Shown piece by piece: positions 42,893 through 56,779 of a stretch of 64,000 bases of DNA. Every line of letters starts with the position of its first letter. Position 1 is the stretch's first letter. A model generated the notes under the pieces. The model did no database searches and had not been told where the DNA came from. It was given only the letters and a program-made list of their open reading frames with translations. A program made the position numbers and the translations under genes. The stretch comes from Octopus bimaculoides (lineage: Eukaryota): assembly GCF_001194135.2 (NCBI RefSeq), contig NC_069007.1:22436599-22500598 (forward strand), given 5' to 3'.

Positions 42893-45800
42893 TGCAGGCA
42901 TGGCTATGTGGTAAGAAGCTTGCTTCCCAACCACATGGTTCCAGGTTCAGTCCTACTGTGTGGTAGTTAGTGTCTTCTACTATAGCCTCAGACCAATTGA
43001 AACCTTATGAGTAGATTTAGTTGAGGGGAAACTGAAAGAAGCTTGTCATATATATGTGTGTGTCTGTGTTTACGTCCTCATAACTTAGTGGTTCAATAAA
43101 AGAGACTGATAGAGTAAGTACTAGGCGTAAAAAGATAAGTCCTGGGGTTGATTTGTTCTGCTAAAATCCTTCAAGGTGGTGCCCCAGCATGGCCTCAGTC
43201 AAATGACTGAAACAAGTAAAAAATAATATATAGGCCTGTTCACCGAACCAGCAGAGTGACATCATTCAAAAGCCACAACAATGGAAGGAAGCGCATTGTG
43301 ACCAGCGATGTATAACAACATCCAATAGTCTGGTCAATGCAGTGTTGCGTATCAGACTATTAAGACCATTTTATAAACTCGAGGGGGTCAGTCTTCTTAA
43401 CCATTTCCGGTAACTGTTTCAAGCATTTGAACTTGGATAAGTTTCTTTCCCATCATTTTTAGTTCTTTATTGATTTCATTTGTGCATTTGTTTCTTTAAC
43501 CATTTTGCATTCGGATTATTCTGTCAACTCTATTGCTTATTTATTCACATTGTTTTCAATTAATCATGCATTATCTCATAGCTTTGAGATTTTGATGATC
43601 TCTTTGTTTACTTTTAGAATGCCATTTCAGTTGTGAGAGGCCTAATCTGTCAGTTTGGTGACAAAACAGATAGAATATTTGGGCCAGATATGACCGGTTT
43701 GAACGCTAAAGAGTTAAATACTAATTAGTTAGCATTAATGATGATAATTAGGAAGCAGTGAGTTGGCAAAAACGGTGGTGGCACACATTGCAAAAAAAAT
43801 TCCTAACAGCATTTATTAATTTTTACATTTTACATTGTGTGTTTACGAAATTTTTGCTGGAAGAAGTAAAACCGGGAAAATGAGAGGGAGAGGTGTGCTG
43901 GTCATCTTTCACAAAATATGGAAATCTATTGGAAGGGAGTTAATGTGGATGAAGTCCTGCAAGCTTTAATCTATCCAAAGCATTTTCATATGTTCTGAGT
44001 AATATAAAGCTTTCCTTTCATAAGTCCCAAGTGACTTGGTTGAAAAAACATTGGGAATGTGTATCCCACTAGACTTGAGGGAGATATGCCCTGTGTATCC
44101 CTTGTGATACATGGGCCAAGTAAAAGGAAAAAAAACAAACTATAAAAATAAAAAGCAACCAAAATGTTTAGTCTTGTGCTGGTTCTTGCAAACAAATTAC
44201 TAATTAACAAGATTAATTAGAGCAGTTGATTGAAAGAAATGAGAGATCATCTGTTGAAGAAAATGACTTGCAGTATTTTTGCTATGATTCTGATTCCAAT
44301 TCCACCCTTTTCATCTTTTCATGTTTCCAGAGGTGATGAAATAAAGTACCAGTTATATACTGAGGTTGAATATAACTATTTATGCTTTCCCTCTTCCAAA
44401 AAAAAAAAAAAAAGCAAACAAAATTTTTACAGAAAATAAAGTAAATCTTGAATGCAGAATAGCTGTGAAACCAGAAGAAAATTGAGTGAATAGCATTTGG
44501 AGATGGGTTGATAGAAGGCAGCTACAGAGGATTAAACCCTGTACATTATTAGTGACAGGCAATATTGATACTGACATGTAACATCTGTCCCCACTTAAAC
44601 GTGCTTGTCTGAAGTAATATAGTTTGTTCTAACAGAACATCCACATTTAAGTGGGGACAGATCTTACCAAACCCTGTACCTCTCGATTCTCTCTAGTCAG
44701 CTTTTCTGTCTCCTAATGGCGTTTACCCAGTCTTCTGAGTTGTTTTCACAGCCATCNNNNNNNNNNNNNNNNNNNNNNNNNNNNNNNNNNNNNNNNNNNN
44801 NNNNNNNNNNNNNNNNNNNNNNNNNNNNNNNNNNNNNNNNNNNNNNNNNNNNNNNNNNNNNNNNNNNNNNNNNNNNNNNNNNNNNNNNNNNNNNNNNNNN
44901 NNNNNNNNNNNNNNNNNNNNNNNNNNNNNNNNNNNNNNNNNNNNNNNNNNNNNNNNNNNNNNNNNNNNNNNNNNNNNNNNNNNNNNNNNNNNNNNNNNNN
45001 NNNNNNNNNNNNNNNNNNNNNNNNNNNNNNNNNNNNNNNNNNNNNNNNNNNNNNNNNNNNNNNNNNNNNNNNNNNNNNNNNNNNNNNNNNNNNNNNNNNN
45101 NNNNNNNNNNNNNNNNNNNNNNNNNNNNNNNNNNNNNNNNNNNNNNNNNNNNNNNNNNNNNNNNNNNNNNNNNNNNNNNNNNNNNNNNNNNNNNNNNNNN
45201 NNNNNNNNNNNNNNNNNNNNNNNNNNNNNNNNNNNNNNNNNNNNNNNNNNNNNNNNNNNNNNNNNNNNNNNNNNNNNNNNNNNNNNNNNNNNNNNNNNNN
45301 NNNNNNNNNNNNNNNNNNNNNNNNNNNNNNNNNNNNNNNNNNNNNNNNNNNNNNNNNNNNNNNNNNNNNNNNNNNNNNNNNNNNNNNNNNNNNNNNNNNN
45401 NNNNNNNNNNNNNNNNNNNNNNNNNNNNNNNNNNNNNNNNNNNNNNNNNNNNNNNNNNNNNNNNNNNNNNNNNNNNNNNNNNNNNNNNNNNNNNNNNNNC
45501 TAATGCTTACAAAATTACAATCCTATGAAAATACAATAATTAACTGGACTACATAGAAAAATCTTCATGGAGAATCCTAATTATATAATATTTCTGTTTT
45601 TCTAAATTCAGCAGAAAAATCTCTTGAATCACATGACAATTACACCTTTATAAAATATATATTGACAAATAACCTTTTGAATAAAAAGGAAATTTTTTTT
45701 TATTTAACAAAAATAAACGAAAATCTTGAATGACAATTGCATTAATTTTTTTTCTTTTAATATTTTGAAAAATAGATTTCAGAAAACAAAATATGCAATG

Positions 45801-45989
45801 GATTTTCTTGATTTTTATTTTGTAATCCAGCTTCAGGATAAAACTGCTTCTGACTCTGTACTTGTGAGTCTTATGGAAAGTCAGTCATAGAGGTTATGTA
45901 AGTGGTACTTCAAAAGTTGGATTTTTTTTGTTGTTGTTTTTTTTGCATCCAAAGAAGTAGATTTGCTTAGAAGTGTGATAGTCTCCATT

Positions 45990-46660
45990 TTGAATACCAG
46001 GTGGTATCAAAAAAGTTCCCAGACTGGTTATGGTTAATAGAAAATAACTTATTTACCTGAGTTTTCACATCATCGCCTTTGAAATTGTTGCTGTGTGCAG
46101 CAACAGTATTAAAACGGTGACCTTTGAGCTGCTTTTTCATCTTGGAGAAGAGATGGAAGGCTGCAGGTGAATCGGGTGGGCGCGCAAGTGACAGCATGTT
46201 GTTTTTGGCAAAAGAAACTGCTGGGTGAGGAGAGCTTGGTGACAGGGTGCATCGTCATCACAATCCAACTTTTGTGCTCCACAGAACTGGTCACCTTTGC
46301 TGAATGTCCCCCCTCATAAACACTTTAAAATGTCACAGTAGAACTCACGACTGATGGTCTGGCCCTGGGGGATGAGTTCTTGATGCCTATACCACTCAAA
46401 ACATCGCAGACAACCCATTGATTCATCACCGTAAACTTGCTAAAGCATGCTCGATGCCTCTGTAGCAGACTTCCCAAATTTTCACATTGGCTCTGTTCTT
46501 GTGCATGACAAAATCGCAGACTACAGTATACACACATGATCAATTTCACAACCTGCACAGTGATGTCACTCAACCCACTGCCTTCATGACGGTCGCTAGT
46601 AATTCTTACTGTGCATGCAGTTGCGTGTTGCCATCTGTTGCTGTGCTGCAAATCTAATCT
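45990..46660 (-). mobile_element. Internally deleted mariner element
   Basis: Minus peptides from the HTH (KFGKSATEASSML*QVYGDE-like) and the C-terminus (LSLARPPDSP..FHLFSKMKKQLKGHRF); terminus gtggtatcaaaaaagttcccagact. Confidence 0.75.
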
Positions 46661-49029
46661 TACATAGCGTCTGTTGGTAAGTTGACATTTTCTGGGGTGA
46701 GTTCTCATCATCATCATTTAACATCTGTTGTCTTCGGTTGTGGTGGCAAGGTGCTCTTTGATTCTTGTTACTACAATCATTTGACTGGAGCACCACCTTA
46801 ATGGGTTTTTAGTCGAACAAATCAACCCTGGGATTTTTCTATCAGTCTCTTTTTTGCCCAACTGCTAAGTTACGGGGATGTAAATACACCAACATCAGTT
46901 GTCAAGCAATAGTGGTGGGGGGAGGTACAAAGACACACACACACACACACACGTGCGGTCATTTCAGAATGTAACTACATGGAGATTGTTGGCAATTTTT
47001 GTCTTTCCATCTTCCTTTTCTCTTGGACTTTCCTCTCTCTCCTGTTTCTGAAGAAGAGCTTTGCTCAAAACAAAACACCCTTTCTTTCTTTCCCTGAGTG
47101 TCTTTTAATACTTTGCATGTACCACAGTCCTCACGTTGTTGTTTTCTTTGTTTTTTTGGATTAATTATATATATACAACAGGCTCCTTTCAGTTTCCGTC
47201 AACGAAACCCACTCTCAAGGCTTTGATTGGCTCAAGGCTATAGGAGAAAACACTTGCCCAAGGTGCTATGCAGTGGGACTGAACCTGGAACCATGTGGTT
47301 GGTAAGCAAACATCTTGGAGAATTTTTTCATTAAGAAATTTTGACAGACTCTTTAAAGCCATGATGCACTCAAGTGTACCACAGTCTGATGATGATTTAG
47401 CTGGCCAAAACTTCAAAGTTACTGTCAACGCTATTCTTGTTAAAGAATAATATATACACACAAGCAAGCACATAGATGGAAAAAGGTAGAGTAAAGTACT
47501 ATTTTATTAAAGCTGGGAAAATCTTACTCAGTTTCATGTGACCATTCATCAGTCGTGATAATATAGATACAGTATTACCACAACTGCCTGATGAACGGTT
47601 ATGTGAAACTCTGAGTAACAGTTTGGCAAAAGCCTTGCAAGTGGGTTTCGTAGACAGAAACTGAAAGAAACCCATCATATATGTATGTGCTTTTTGTGTT
47701 TGTTCCCCGCCGTTGCTTGACAACCAGTGTAGAGTGTACACATCCCTGTAACTTAGCAGTAGAGTAAGTAGCAGTCCTAAGAAGAGAACAGAAACTAAGC
47801 TCTAGGGTTTGATAAGTTCGACTAAGACACACCTGAAGGTGGTGTTCCAGCATGGCCACAGTCAAATGACTGAAACAAGATAAAACATATTCATTCTGAT
47901 AAAATCATATTTGACATGGTTGGCATTAAGATGATGGAAGACCTATTATAGAAATATTCCTCGGGAAAATTCTCCTCTCGCTACGTGTGAAAAGGTAATG
48001 TGCTGCGAATGACATGAACGGATTGTAAAATGCAGGTGTTACCACATTCTTTATCTTCATCGGGTGCGAACGCCAAATCTCATTCATAACCCTATAAAAA
48101 CAAATTCATTCCTATTAGAAGAGCAGACAGAATGTTTGCCTAAAGTAACGTCGCATGAAGCAACATTGAATATAATCTCTTGTAAAGTCATATTTATCAC
48201 TCATATAGGTTATCGTGATGGCACCTGTGCCCAGCGTCGCCTTCCTGGCACGTGTAAAGACATTCGAGTGAGATCATTGCCAGTGCCGCTGGACTGGCTC
48301 CTGTGCAGGTGGCACGTAAAATACACCATTTTGAGCGTGGCCGTTGCCAGTACCTCCTGACTGCCCTTTGTGCCGGTGGCACGTAAAAGCACCCACTACA
48401 CTCTAGGAGTGTTTGGCGTTAGGAAGGGCATCCAGCCATAGAAACCTATGCCAAATCGGACTGGAGTCAAGCCTAGTCAAACCATCCAACCCATGCCAGC
48501 ATGGACAATGGACGTTAAATGATGATAAATAGAAAATGAAATTCTGTTTGTCTGGGACCCCTGTACTTCAGTCTAGACATTTACCTTTTTGGAATCAGGA
48601 TGATCCTAGGATTGAAAATCTGACCTTCATTTGGTTCTTGAACATCCAGCATTGGGATCTTATTTAAAAGCATTTGGGTTGTTATTTCTAGCAGATAAAA
48701 GCGACCATAAAAAGTTTACGAGAATTACCTCCCTTACTCAAATAATAAACGTGATATTCAGTCTGTCAGAAAACTGGTGAAAATGTTTTGAATTTGATAC
48801 CAAATATTTTCTGACAGCTACCTTCGTTACCTACAATAATTAACACAACATTTTGTCTGTCAGAAAACTGACTGAAACCATGAATTTCATTTTAAAACTT
48901 TGTGAGTTCAAGAGATATTTTCAATTCAGTTCATTTAATATCCAAAAAAGAAGCACAGAGCAATAATGTGTTAAAAGTAATTAAGTTTATGTCCAGTAAA
49001 TAGAGTGACCAATGGTTTTGCATGCACAA

Positions 49030-49437
49030 TGGCCTTAGCCTTGCAGGCATGCCCTTTTGATTCAAGGGACTTCAGTTTTCAGGAAGAGAAGTTTTGCAAA
49101 TGTTAATTAACAAAGCATTAAGGATAATCCACACAAAATTGTTGGACTTCAGTTGATGCAACAGTGCTTTCTTCAAGGTCAGCTTTATGTTGGTTGTTCT
49201 AGAGTTGGAAATGGCAACAATCTCTTTGTACTCACAAAAAAATGGTAAAACCAAGAATGTTGTTCATGTTGCTGCTTTACAGTAATCCAAAAATCTGTGA
49301 TCTAAGTCTGAAATTGTAGGATACCAATAAATGCTTTATTATTATTATTGCCCCCTACAGTTTTCAGCTGAAGTTCCCTATTAGCCCTCTGCAAGGGCTA
49401 GCTTAAAAGTCCACACAGAGTGCAGCTTTTAAGCTAG
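49030..49437 (+). mobile_element. Helitron helicase C-terminal remnant with 3' hairpin and CTAG
   Basis: Frameshifted MPF.FKGLQF...MLINKA...QCFLQGQLYVGCSRVGNGNNLFVL...GKTKNVV resembles PIF1-like Helitron motif VI; hairpins end in CTAG at 49398-49401 and 49434-49437. Confidence 0.75.
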
Positions 49438-49439
49438 TG

Positions 49440-49665
49440 TGTGAGGGAGTGCTGAAAGGTCCCTGGCTTTGGGCAAAAGAAAATACAACAGAATCATTTA
49501 ACTATGATTTTATTCAACAAATTCCCTTCTCAGATTCACACATTTATTACAGTGGTCCTTTGATTTTACTAACCCCTGTAAAAGAACTTGGATGTTTGGG
49601 CCTCCAACCAGGCCTTTTGCAACATCCTTGAAGCCAGGAACTTTTCAGCTCCCCCTCTTAGGTGT
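49440..49665. mobile_element. Mariner-type MITE
   Basis: TIRs gagggagtgctgaaaggtccctggcttt / aagccaggaacttttcagctccccctc; same family as 2888 and 5645. Confidence 0.65.
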
Positions 49666-50643
49666 GTGTGTGTGTGTGTGTTTAATTTCAACGTTCCACA
49701 TTTTAGTACATTTAACTTGAATCACATTTATTATCACTTGAGCACCTGGTAACAACCTGTCTTATCTTTTCATTGTCACTCACACATACACACACACACA
49801 TATTAATACATACACTCACACATACTCTATCACATTGCCTCTCCCTTTCATTTTTTACACACACACACACACACATCTGCATACACTGATACAGTGTAAC
49901 TCACAGTCACATAGACTCTCTTATCACACTCTAACTCAACACATCCATACACCAATACACTCACACCTCCACACACACACACACACTACTCTACCTCTTC
50001 ACTAATATCACATCTCTGTTCTTGACCTCTTCCACAGCCTCCACCACCCAATTAGACATATCCCACCCATCCACCCATGCCATTAAATACCTCCTTCATT
50101 ATGTTTCTTTCTTCCTATATCATCATCATTATATGTCTGCTCTCCATGCTGGAATGGGTTGGAGCTGGCTAGCAGGGAGCTGTCCAGACTCCAGCTGTCT
50201 GTTCTGGCATGGTTTCTATAGCTGGATGTCCTTCCTAATGCCAACCACTTAACAGAATGTGCTGCATGCTTTTTACATGCCACCAGCATGGGTGTGTTAA
50301 TGCAGCGTTGGCACGGGTGCTTTTTAAGTGGCATCAGCATTTAAAAGGACAAGCCTGTATGTGTGGAAGGCAGCAAATGCTTTATTAATATTATTATTAT
50401 TTTCTCGAGGCTTTGGACTCCTAAAACTGATCAGATTTTGGGATTAATCTGGTACCGAACAAGGATTCTAGATTAATCTCCCTTTAGGCTGTTTCCAAAG
50501 TTTTATTTTCATTTCTCTATTATTAATTTTACTTGCATCTCTATCTTGGTAGAAACTGATGGATAAAGAAATCAAACTACATAAACAAATGGCAGCAAAA
50601 CCATTCAGAAATTAAATAACACTAACATATTTCTATAATATAA

Positions 50644-50677
<34 letters not shown>

Positions 50678-53600
50678 TATGTCAGTGCCTCCTGACTGGT
50701 CCTGTACTGGTGGCACATAAAAAGCAACATTCAGGTGTAGTCACTGCCAATGTTGCCTGACTGGCTCCCGTGCCAGTAGCACATAAAAAGCACCCATTAC
50801 ACTCTCGGAGTGGTTGGCGTTAGGAAGGGCATCCAGCTGTAGAAACCTTGCCAAATCAGATTGGAACCTGGTGCAACCTCCTGGCTTGCCAGTCCTCAGC
50901 AATCATTTTGTATGTCTTTATGTTCTGAGTGTGAAGGTGCATGGCTTAGTGGTTAGGGTATTCGACTAACAGTTACAAAGTTGTGAGTTCAATTCCCAGC
51001 GACATGTTGTGTCCTTGAGCAAGACACTTAATTTCATGTTGCTCCAGTCCATTCAGCTAGCAAAAATGAGTTGTACCTGTAATTCAAAGGGCCAGCCTCG
51101 TGATACTGAATCTCCCCTGAGAACTATGTTAAGGGTACACGTGTCTGCGGAATGCTCAGCCACTTGCACGTTTATTTCACAAGCAGGCTGTTCCGTTGAT
51201 CGGATCAACTGGAACCTTCGTCGCCATAACTGATGGAGTGCCAGTGGTAGTATGTTGCTGAGGTTGACTTTGCCTTTCATCCTTTTGGAGGTCAATAAAG
51301 TAAGTATCAGTCATGTACTGGGGATCAATGTAATCAACTCACCCCCTCTCCCTAAATTTCAGACCTTGTACCTATAGTAAGAAGGATTATTATAGAAATT
51401 GTTTCCATCTTCAGACTTCACTTGAAAACTGCTTAGAATCCGTACATGTGTGTAAACAGTGGGAGCATAATGAAATTGATTACGCCATTGCTTGGATTGA
51501 ACTCAGAAACAAGATGTCATGCTTCAGTTGTTAGAGACTTCAGTATTTATGGTAGAGTTTTATGTCAATACCTAACAATCATATAAATATCATTGAGATA
51601 GGTTAAGATAAATTAGATTTAGGGAAGTAAAGGGAAAGCTCCATTTGACCGAGAAACCTTTACCAAAGGGCAAAGAGAGGAAAATGTGAAGGTGGTGGTG
51701 GTAGTAGGAATAGTAGTCATGGTAGTGGTGGTGATGGTACTGGATGATGTAGTGGTAGTAGTAGTAGTAACAGTAATGCTCACAGAAAGAATACCTTTTA
51801 TAAGTCTCTGTGCCTTTATCTGAACTTTTTAATCCCTCTTAACTTTATAGTAGTTGTCATAGTTTAACCTTGAGCCAACCGGGACATGAAGCAGATCTAT
51901 GATGAAAGGCCTTCCAGCCATGACCTTTCAGCTTTCTGCATAACTAAAACTACCTTGTCCAAGATCAATGTGCTTTTTTTAGAAGACATTAGAGGTTTAA
52001 TTTGAGGAAAATCTGGCTGCTATTATTTGTTGGATGTGTTTCCATACAGTTCAGGGAAATGGAACTTTTTTTTTTTTTTTTTTCAGTACCAAGAATAAAA
52101 TGTAGCATCCAAGAACTGGTAAGGCAGGGATATTTCTATTAAGAAAAACAATGAATGCTTAAATTTATAAATTTTTAGCTGGTAGAAGGGTGACTCTGGC
52201 CCTCTTGATACAAATTCTTGTTTCTCAAGAGCTGCGTATAAAACAGTGAAAATATCAGAAGTGAGCTTTCAATTAACAGCGACATTTTGTTCTTCCACTA
52301 AAGAAACTTGTACAATAAACCAGATGAATACATCACAAAGAATACTGTCTGTAGAAAATCATGACTAGTTGGCTTTTCAACTCAGTCGAACTTGGTTACA
52401 TGTGGTGTAAATCTATTTCTATAGGCACAGTCGTGGCTGTGTGGCAAGAAGCTTGCTCCCCAACCACATGGTCCCAGGTGCAGTCCCACTGTGTGACAAC
52501 TTGGGTAAGTACTCTAGCCTCGGGCTGACCAAAGCCCTATGAGTGGATTTAATAGATGGAAACTGAAAGAAGCCTGTCATATATATATATATATATATAT
52601 ATATCTGTGAGTGTGTCTTTATATCTGTGTTTGTCCTCCCATCATCACTTGGCAACCGGTGCTGGCACTTGGCGGTTCGGCAAAAGAGGCCAATAGAATA
52701 AGTACTAGGCTTAAAAAATAAACCTGGTGCCAATTGTTTGACTAAAAAAACCCTCCAAGGCAGTGCTCCAGCATGGTCACAATCGAATGACTGAAACAAA
52801 AGAATAACAGAATATTTTACAACTCTGAGATATGGACATCTTCATTGTGATCCTTTGCGATAGAACCACTGCAATGAAAGTGACATTGAGATATGGAGGA
52901 CAGTGAGGAGAGAGGAATTGAGGAAGAAACAGGTAAGATGTCATTACAAGTGATATGGCAGGTAAGATGTATTGGAAGAGACGCAATGGACGTAGTTGGA
53001 GATTTAGCAGCAAACTAGAATGGGTGGAAAGCCTAATGTAGATATATTATACACACGAAATTCTGTCACCACTATCTTGATGCCTGTTTGTCACTGATGT
53101 TTGGGTCTTTGCTTGTACTATGTGCTGCCAATTCCCATCTATCTGTTGATATCTATCTGTCTATGTATATATCTTTCTAATCTCTCTGAATATATATATA
53201 TATATGATGATGATGATATATATATATCTATATCTATATACACACACACACACATACATGTATTTAATCCTGCCTATATATTGATTGATTGAAATAATGT
53301 GGTTATTAAACTTTTATTTTTATATTACACTATGGAAGACGGTAGGGATTATAATTTTTGTTATGACTTAATAGATTTGTTGTTGTTTAGTTACATATTC
53401 AGGAGTAGTTGTAATTTACTTATTGAATTTATTTACTGACGCGGTTGTACATAAAGTAAATGAATTTGAAAGTTGTGGTTTCTTTGGTTTGTTTGTTCCC
53501 AAACAATACTTATTTTAGTGCTGTTGACATTGCTGGATTGAATGGTACTGGCCAGGTGTCGAAACCATAATGATATCCGTGAGGCAACTGATGATAGAGG

Positions 53601-54019
53601 TATGTTTGATTGTTGGTATGGCTGTTTTTATATATGTGGAATAGTATTATAACAGATCCTTTTGGTATATATATCTTAAATAATCTGGTGGGTGAATCTT
53701 GAAGTGGCAGTCAAAATAAATTTCATAACAAATTTAACTCTCCTCTTAGCATTGAATCACCACCAACCATTATTCTTACTCCTCCTTTAAAATAACAACC
53801 CCAAAATTAGCACACACACACACACACACACACACAGAGGCATGCACACAAGCACATGCATCTCTTACATCGTGTGTATGTGTGGCTAATGTAAATATTC
53901 TATGTATGTCAATCTTATTAAATATGCATCTGTTACATAAATATGAATGCTAAATTTATAAACTCATGTTTGCTGTATAACTGTACAAGATAATTTATAT
54001 ATATATAGAGAGAGATAAT

Positions 54020-54050
<31 letters not shown>

Positions 54051-54094
54051 AAATATATATGTATGTATGTATGTAAAAATATATATATGTATGA

Positions 54095-54136
<42 letters not shown>

Positions 54137-56060
54137 GCACACACACACTATTATAGCCTCAGGTCAACCAAAGCTTTGTGAGTGAATTTGATAGTGGGCC
54201 ATCATGTGTATATGGTGAAAGTGCTTGTGTCTCCTTTGATAGATAGGAGGGAATATATATAATTAAGTGTATATATATATATATATGTATGTATGTATAT
54301 TCTTTTATTCTTTCACTAGTATCAGACCTTTTGACAGCAGTCATGCTGGAACACCACCTTGAAGTATTTTAGTTCAACAAATCAATTCCAGGACTTATTT
54401 TCTAAGCCTAGTATTTATTTTATCAGTCTCTTTTGCTGAACCACTAAGTTACGGGGATCTAAACACACCAACACCAGTTGTCAAGCGGATATTGGGGGAC
54501 AAACACAGACATGAAGACACACACACATAGATATATATGTACATATATATATATATATATATCTATATATATATATATATACAATGGGCTTCTTTCAGTT
54601 TCTGTCTACCAAATCCCACTCACAAGGCTTTGGTTGGCCCTAGGCTATTGTAGAAGACACTTTCCCAAGGTGCTACGCAGTGGGACTGAACCTGGAACCA
54701 TGTGGTTAAGAAGCAAGTTAGAAGTACAGTAAGCTTTGAGGGTAAACTCTTGATGATGAAATCAATGTTAGAATATCTAAGGCTACAAGTGCGTTTGGAA
54801 GACTTTCCCATCATTGAACATGGTGTCAGTCTGAAAACTAATATATACTGCTCTATATCTTAGTGTGCATCTTAAAGATTTTTTTTTTTTTACAAACGAG
54901 AGATATATATATATATATAGAGAGAGAGATGAGACATATGCACACAAACACATGCATACATACATTTAGAGACACATATAATATATATATATATACAAAC
55001 ACATGTATACACACTTTTGAGCGTCTAAACACAGAAAATGTTCTGAAACTCAAGTAGGTTGTAAATATTGATTGTACTACCGAGATTTACCTCTGTTACT
55101 TCACACACACACACACTCATACACATACGCACATATTGACAAGCTGTATATACAAACTCGCACACTTATAGATATGTTTTACACGAAACAAGTCATTGAG
55201 GACAGTGACTTGAAGGTTTCATAATCTGCGTGTTTGCGTAAAGGAGCGCTTACATAAGATTCGATGCGTGTGTGCATACGCGCTCGTGTGTATATGTATG
55301 TGTGTGTGTGTCTATCTACGCGTCCACGTTTGTATATGTGTGTATGTACGCGCTCATACATGTGTGCGTGTATGTACGCGTTCATGCAGGTTTGTATGTG
55401 TGTGTTTGTTCGCGCCCAAGTATGATGTGTGTGTGTGAGAGACATAGAAAGAGTTTGTGTGTATATGTTCTCGTCCATGTAGGTATGTGAATGAGGAAAA
55501 GAGAGAGAGAGAGGGTTTTGTGTGTGTACGCATGCATGCATGTATATGTGTCTGTGTGTATGCGTGCTGTGTCCTTCTCACTTCCTTCAAACCACCTTTC
55601 TGACATTCTTATCGATTATCTTCCACAAGGTTGAAAATACACACATTCATTAACATACACTCACATATACTCAGTCATCCACATACACACACTCATAGAC
55701 ATTCACACACACCATACAAATATACAGTAACATACACTTACACCCATGTTAGCTAACTTGGAAGGGTGGAATTGTGAAAGAGCTTGTGGTAACGGTCAGC
55801 AATTTAATAAAAGCGCGCTTCGCGTATCCATGCATGCATGTATGTATGTGTGTGTCTGTATACCTATGTATATGTGTCATTGCGTATGTATGTGTAAGTC
55901 GAATTGGCAGCGGCCTTTGCGCGTTGGACAGACTACTTTGCGGTATCCGACTTTATGCGCTCTGAGTTCAAATCTGATCGAAGTTAAGTCTACCTTTCAA
56001 GCGGAGTTTATTGGCGGTAGTGCTGTTGCATGTGATATGTGTGCACCGTACAGGATGGTT

Positions 56061-56102
<42 letters not shown>

Positions 56103-56321
56103 TGAATATGGTACTTAAGTTTAGGCAGCAGAATTTAGTATGGTATTATCCATACAGTTTCAAAATAAGGTGATTAAATGCAATGTAAACATTACATCAA
56201 ATATAAATGTAGAGCAATCTTTAGTTGCCCAAAGATATAGAAATTTACTGAAATTACATTTGAACAGAAGGACATATTTTTATAATTAAATCTAAACTCT
56301 CCAAGTAAAAAGGAGGAATAC

Positions 56322-56393
56322 AAAAAACCATTTTGACTTAGCCAGACCATATAGACTAACCTGTTTGATCTGGCTAAGTCAAAATGGTTTTTT
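56322..56393. other. Perfect 25-bp inverted repeat (hairpin of pre-miRNA size)
   Basis: AAAAAACCATTTTGACTTAGCCAGA (56322-56346) and its exact reverse complement (56369-56393). Confidence 0.8.
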
Positions 56394-56779
56394 TGGAAAC
56401 CGGCTCAGAAGAGGAGAGGACAGAGAGAGAGAGAAAGCGTTTCAGTGGGTATGGATAGTTTAGTGTATTTATTCGTGACTTCAGAGTAATCAGACATGTG
56501 GCATTTGTTTGGATACAGTCGTCAGTGTCCCATAGTAGATGAATAAGAAGTCCATTGTGAAGCTCACTTAAGTTTTACAGACGTCTGTAGTCTATGGGAG
56601 AATGTAGTCTATGCTAGTAGGGAAGAAGAAACCGAAACTTTGAAGTGGTGCCGAGGATCTTTCGTTATATATAATGGAGGGCTTCGAAGTAAAAGGGAAA
56701 CATCCGTCCAATCATTACCCATTAAACTACAACTTGCAGTTCCTGGATGTTACATAAAAATAATAAAATTGATGTGGAG

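Noticed and set aside
49210-49300. Minus-strand mini-exon MNNILGFTIF with a GTGAGT donor (signal-peptide-like)
   Set aside because: It is the antisense of the Helitron helicase remnant on the plus strand.
53560-53600. C/D-box snoRNA suggested by ATGAT...CTGA motifs (also near 47360-47390)
   Set aside because: The boxes are too close together, with no terminal stem or recognisable rRNA guide.
55179-55606. Cluster of overlapping His/Thr/Cys/Val-rich ORFs
   Set aside because: Products of degenerate (CA)n/(TG)n/(TA)n microsatellite sequence.
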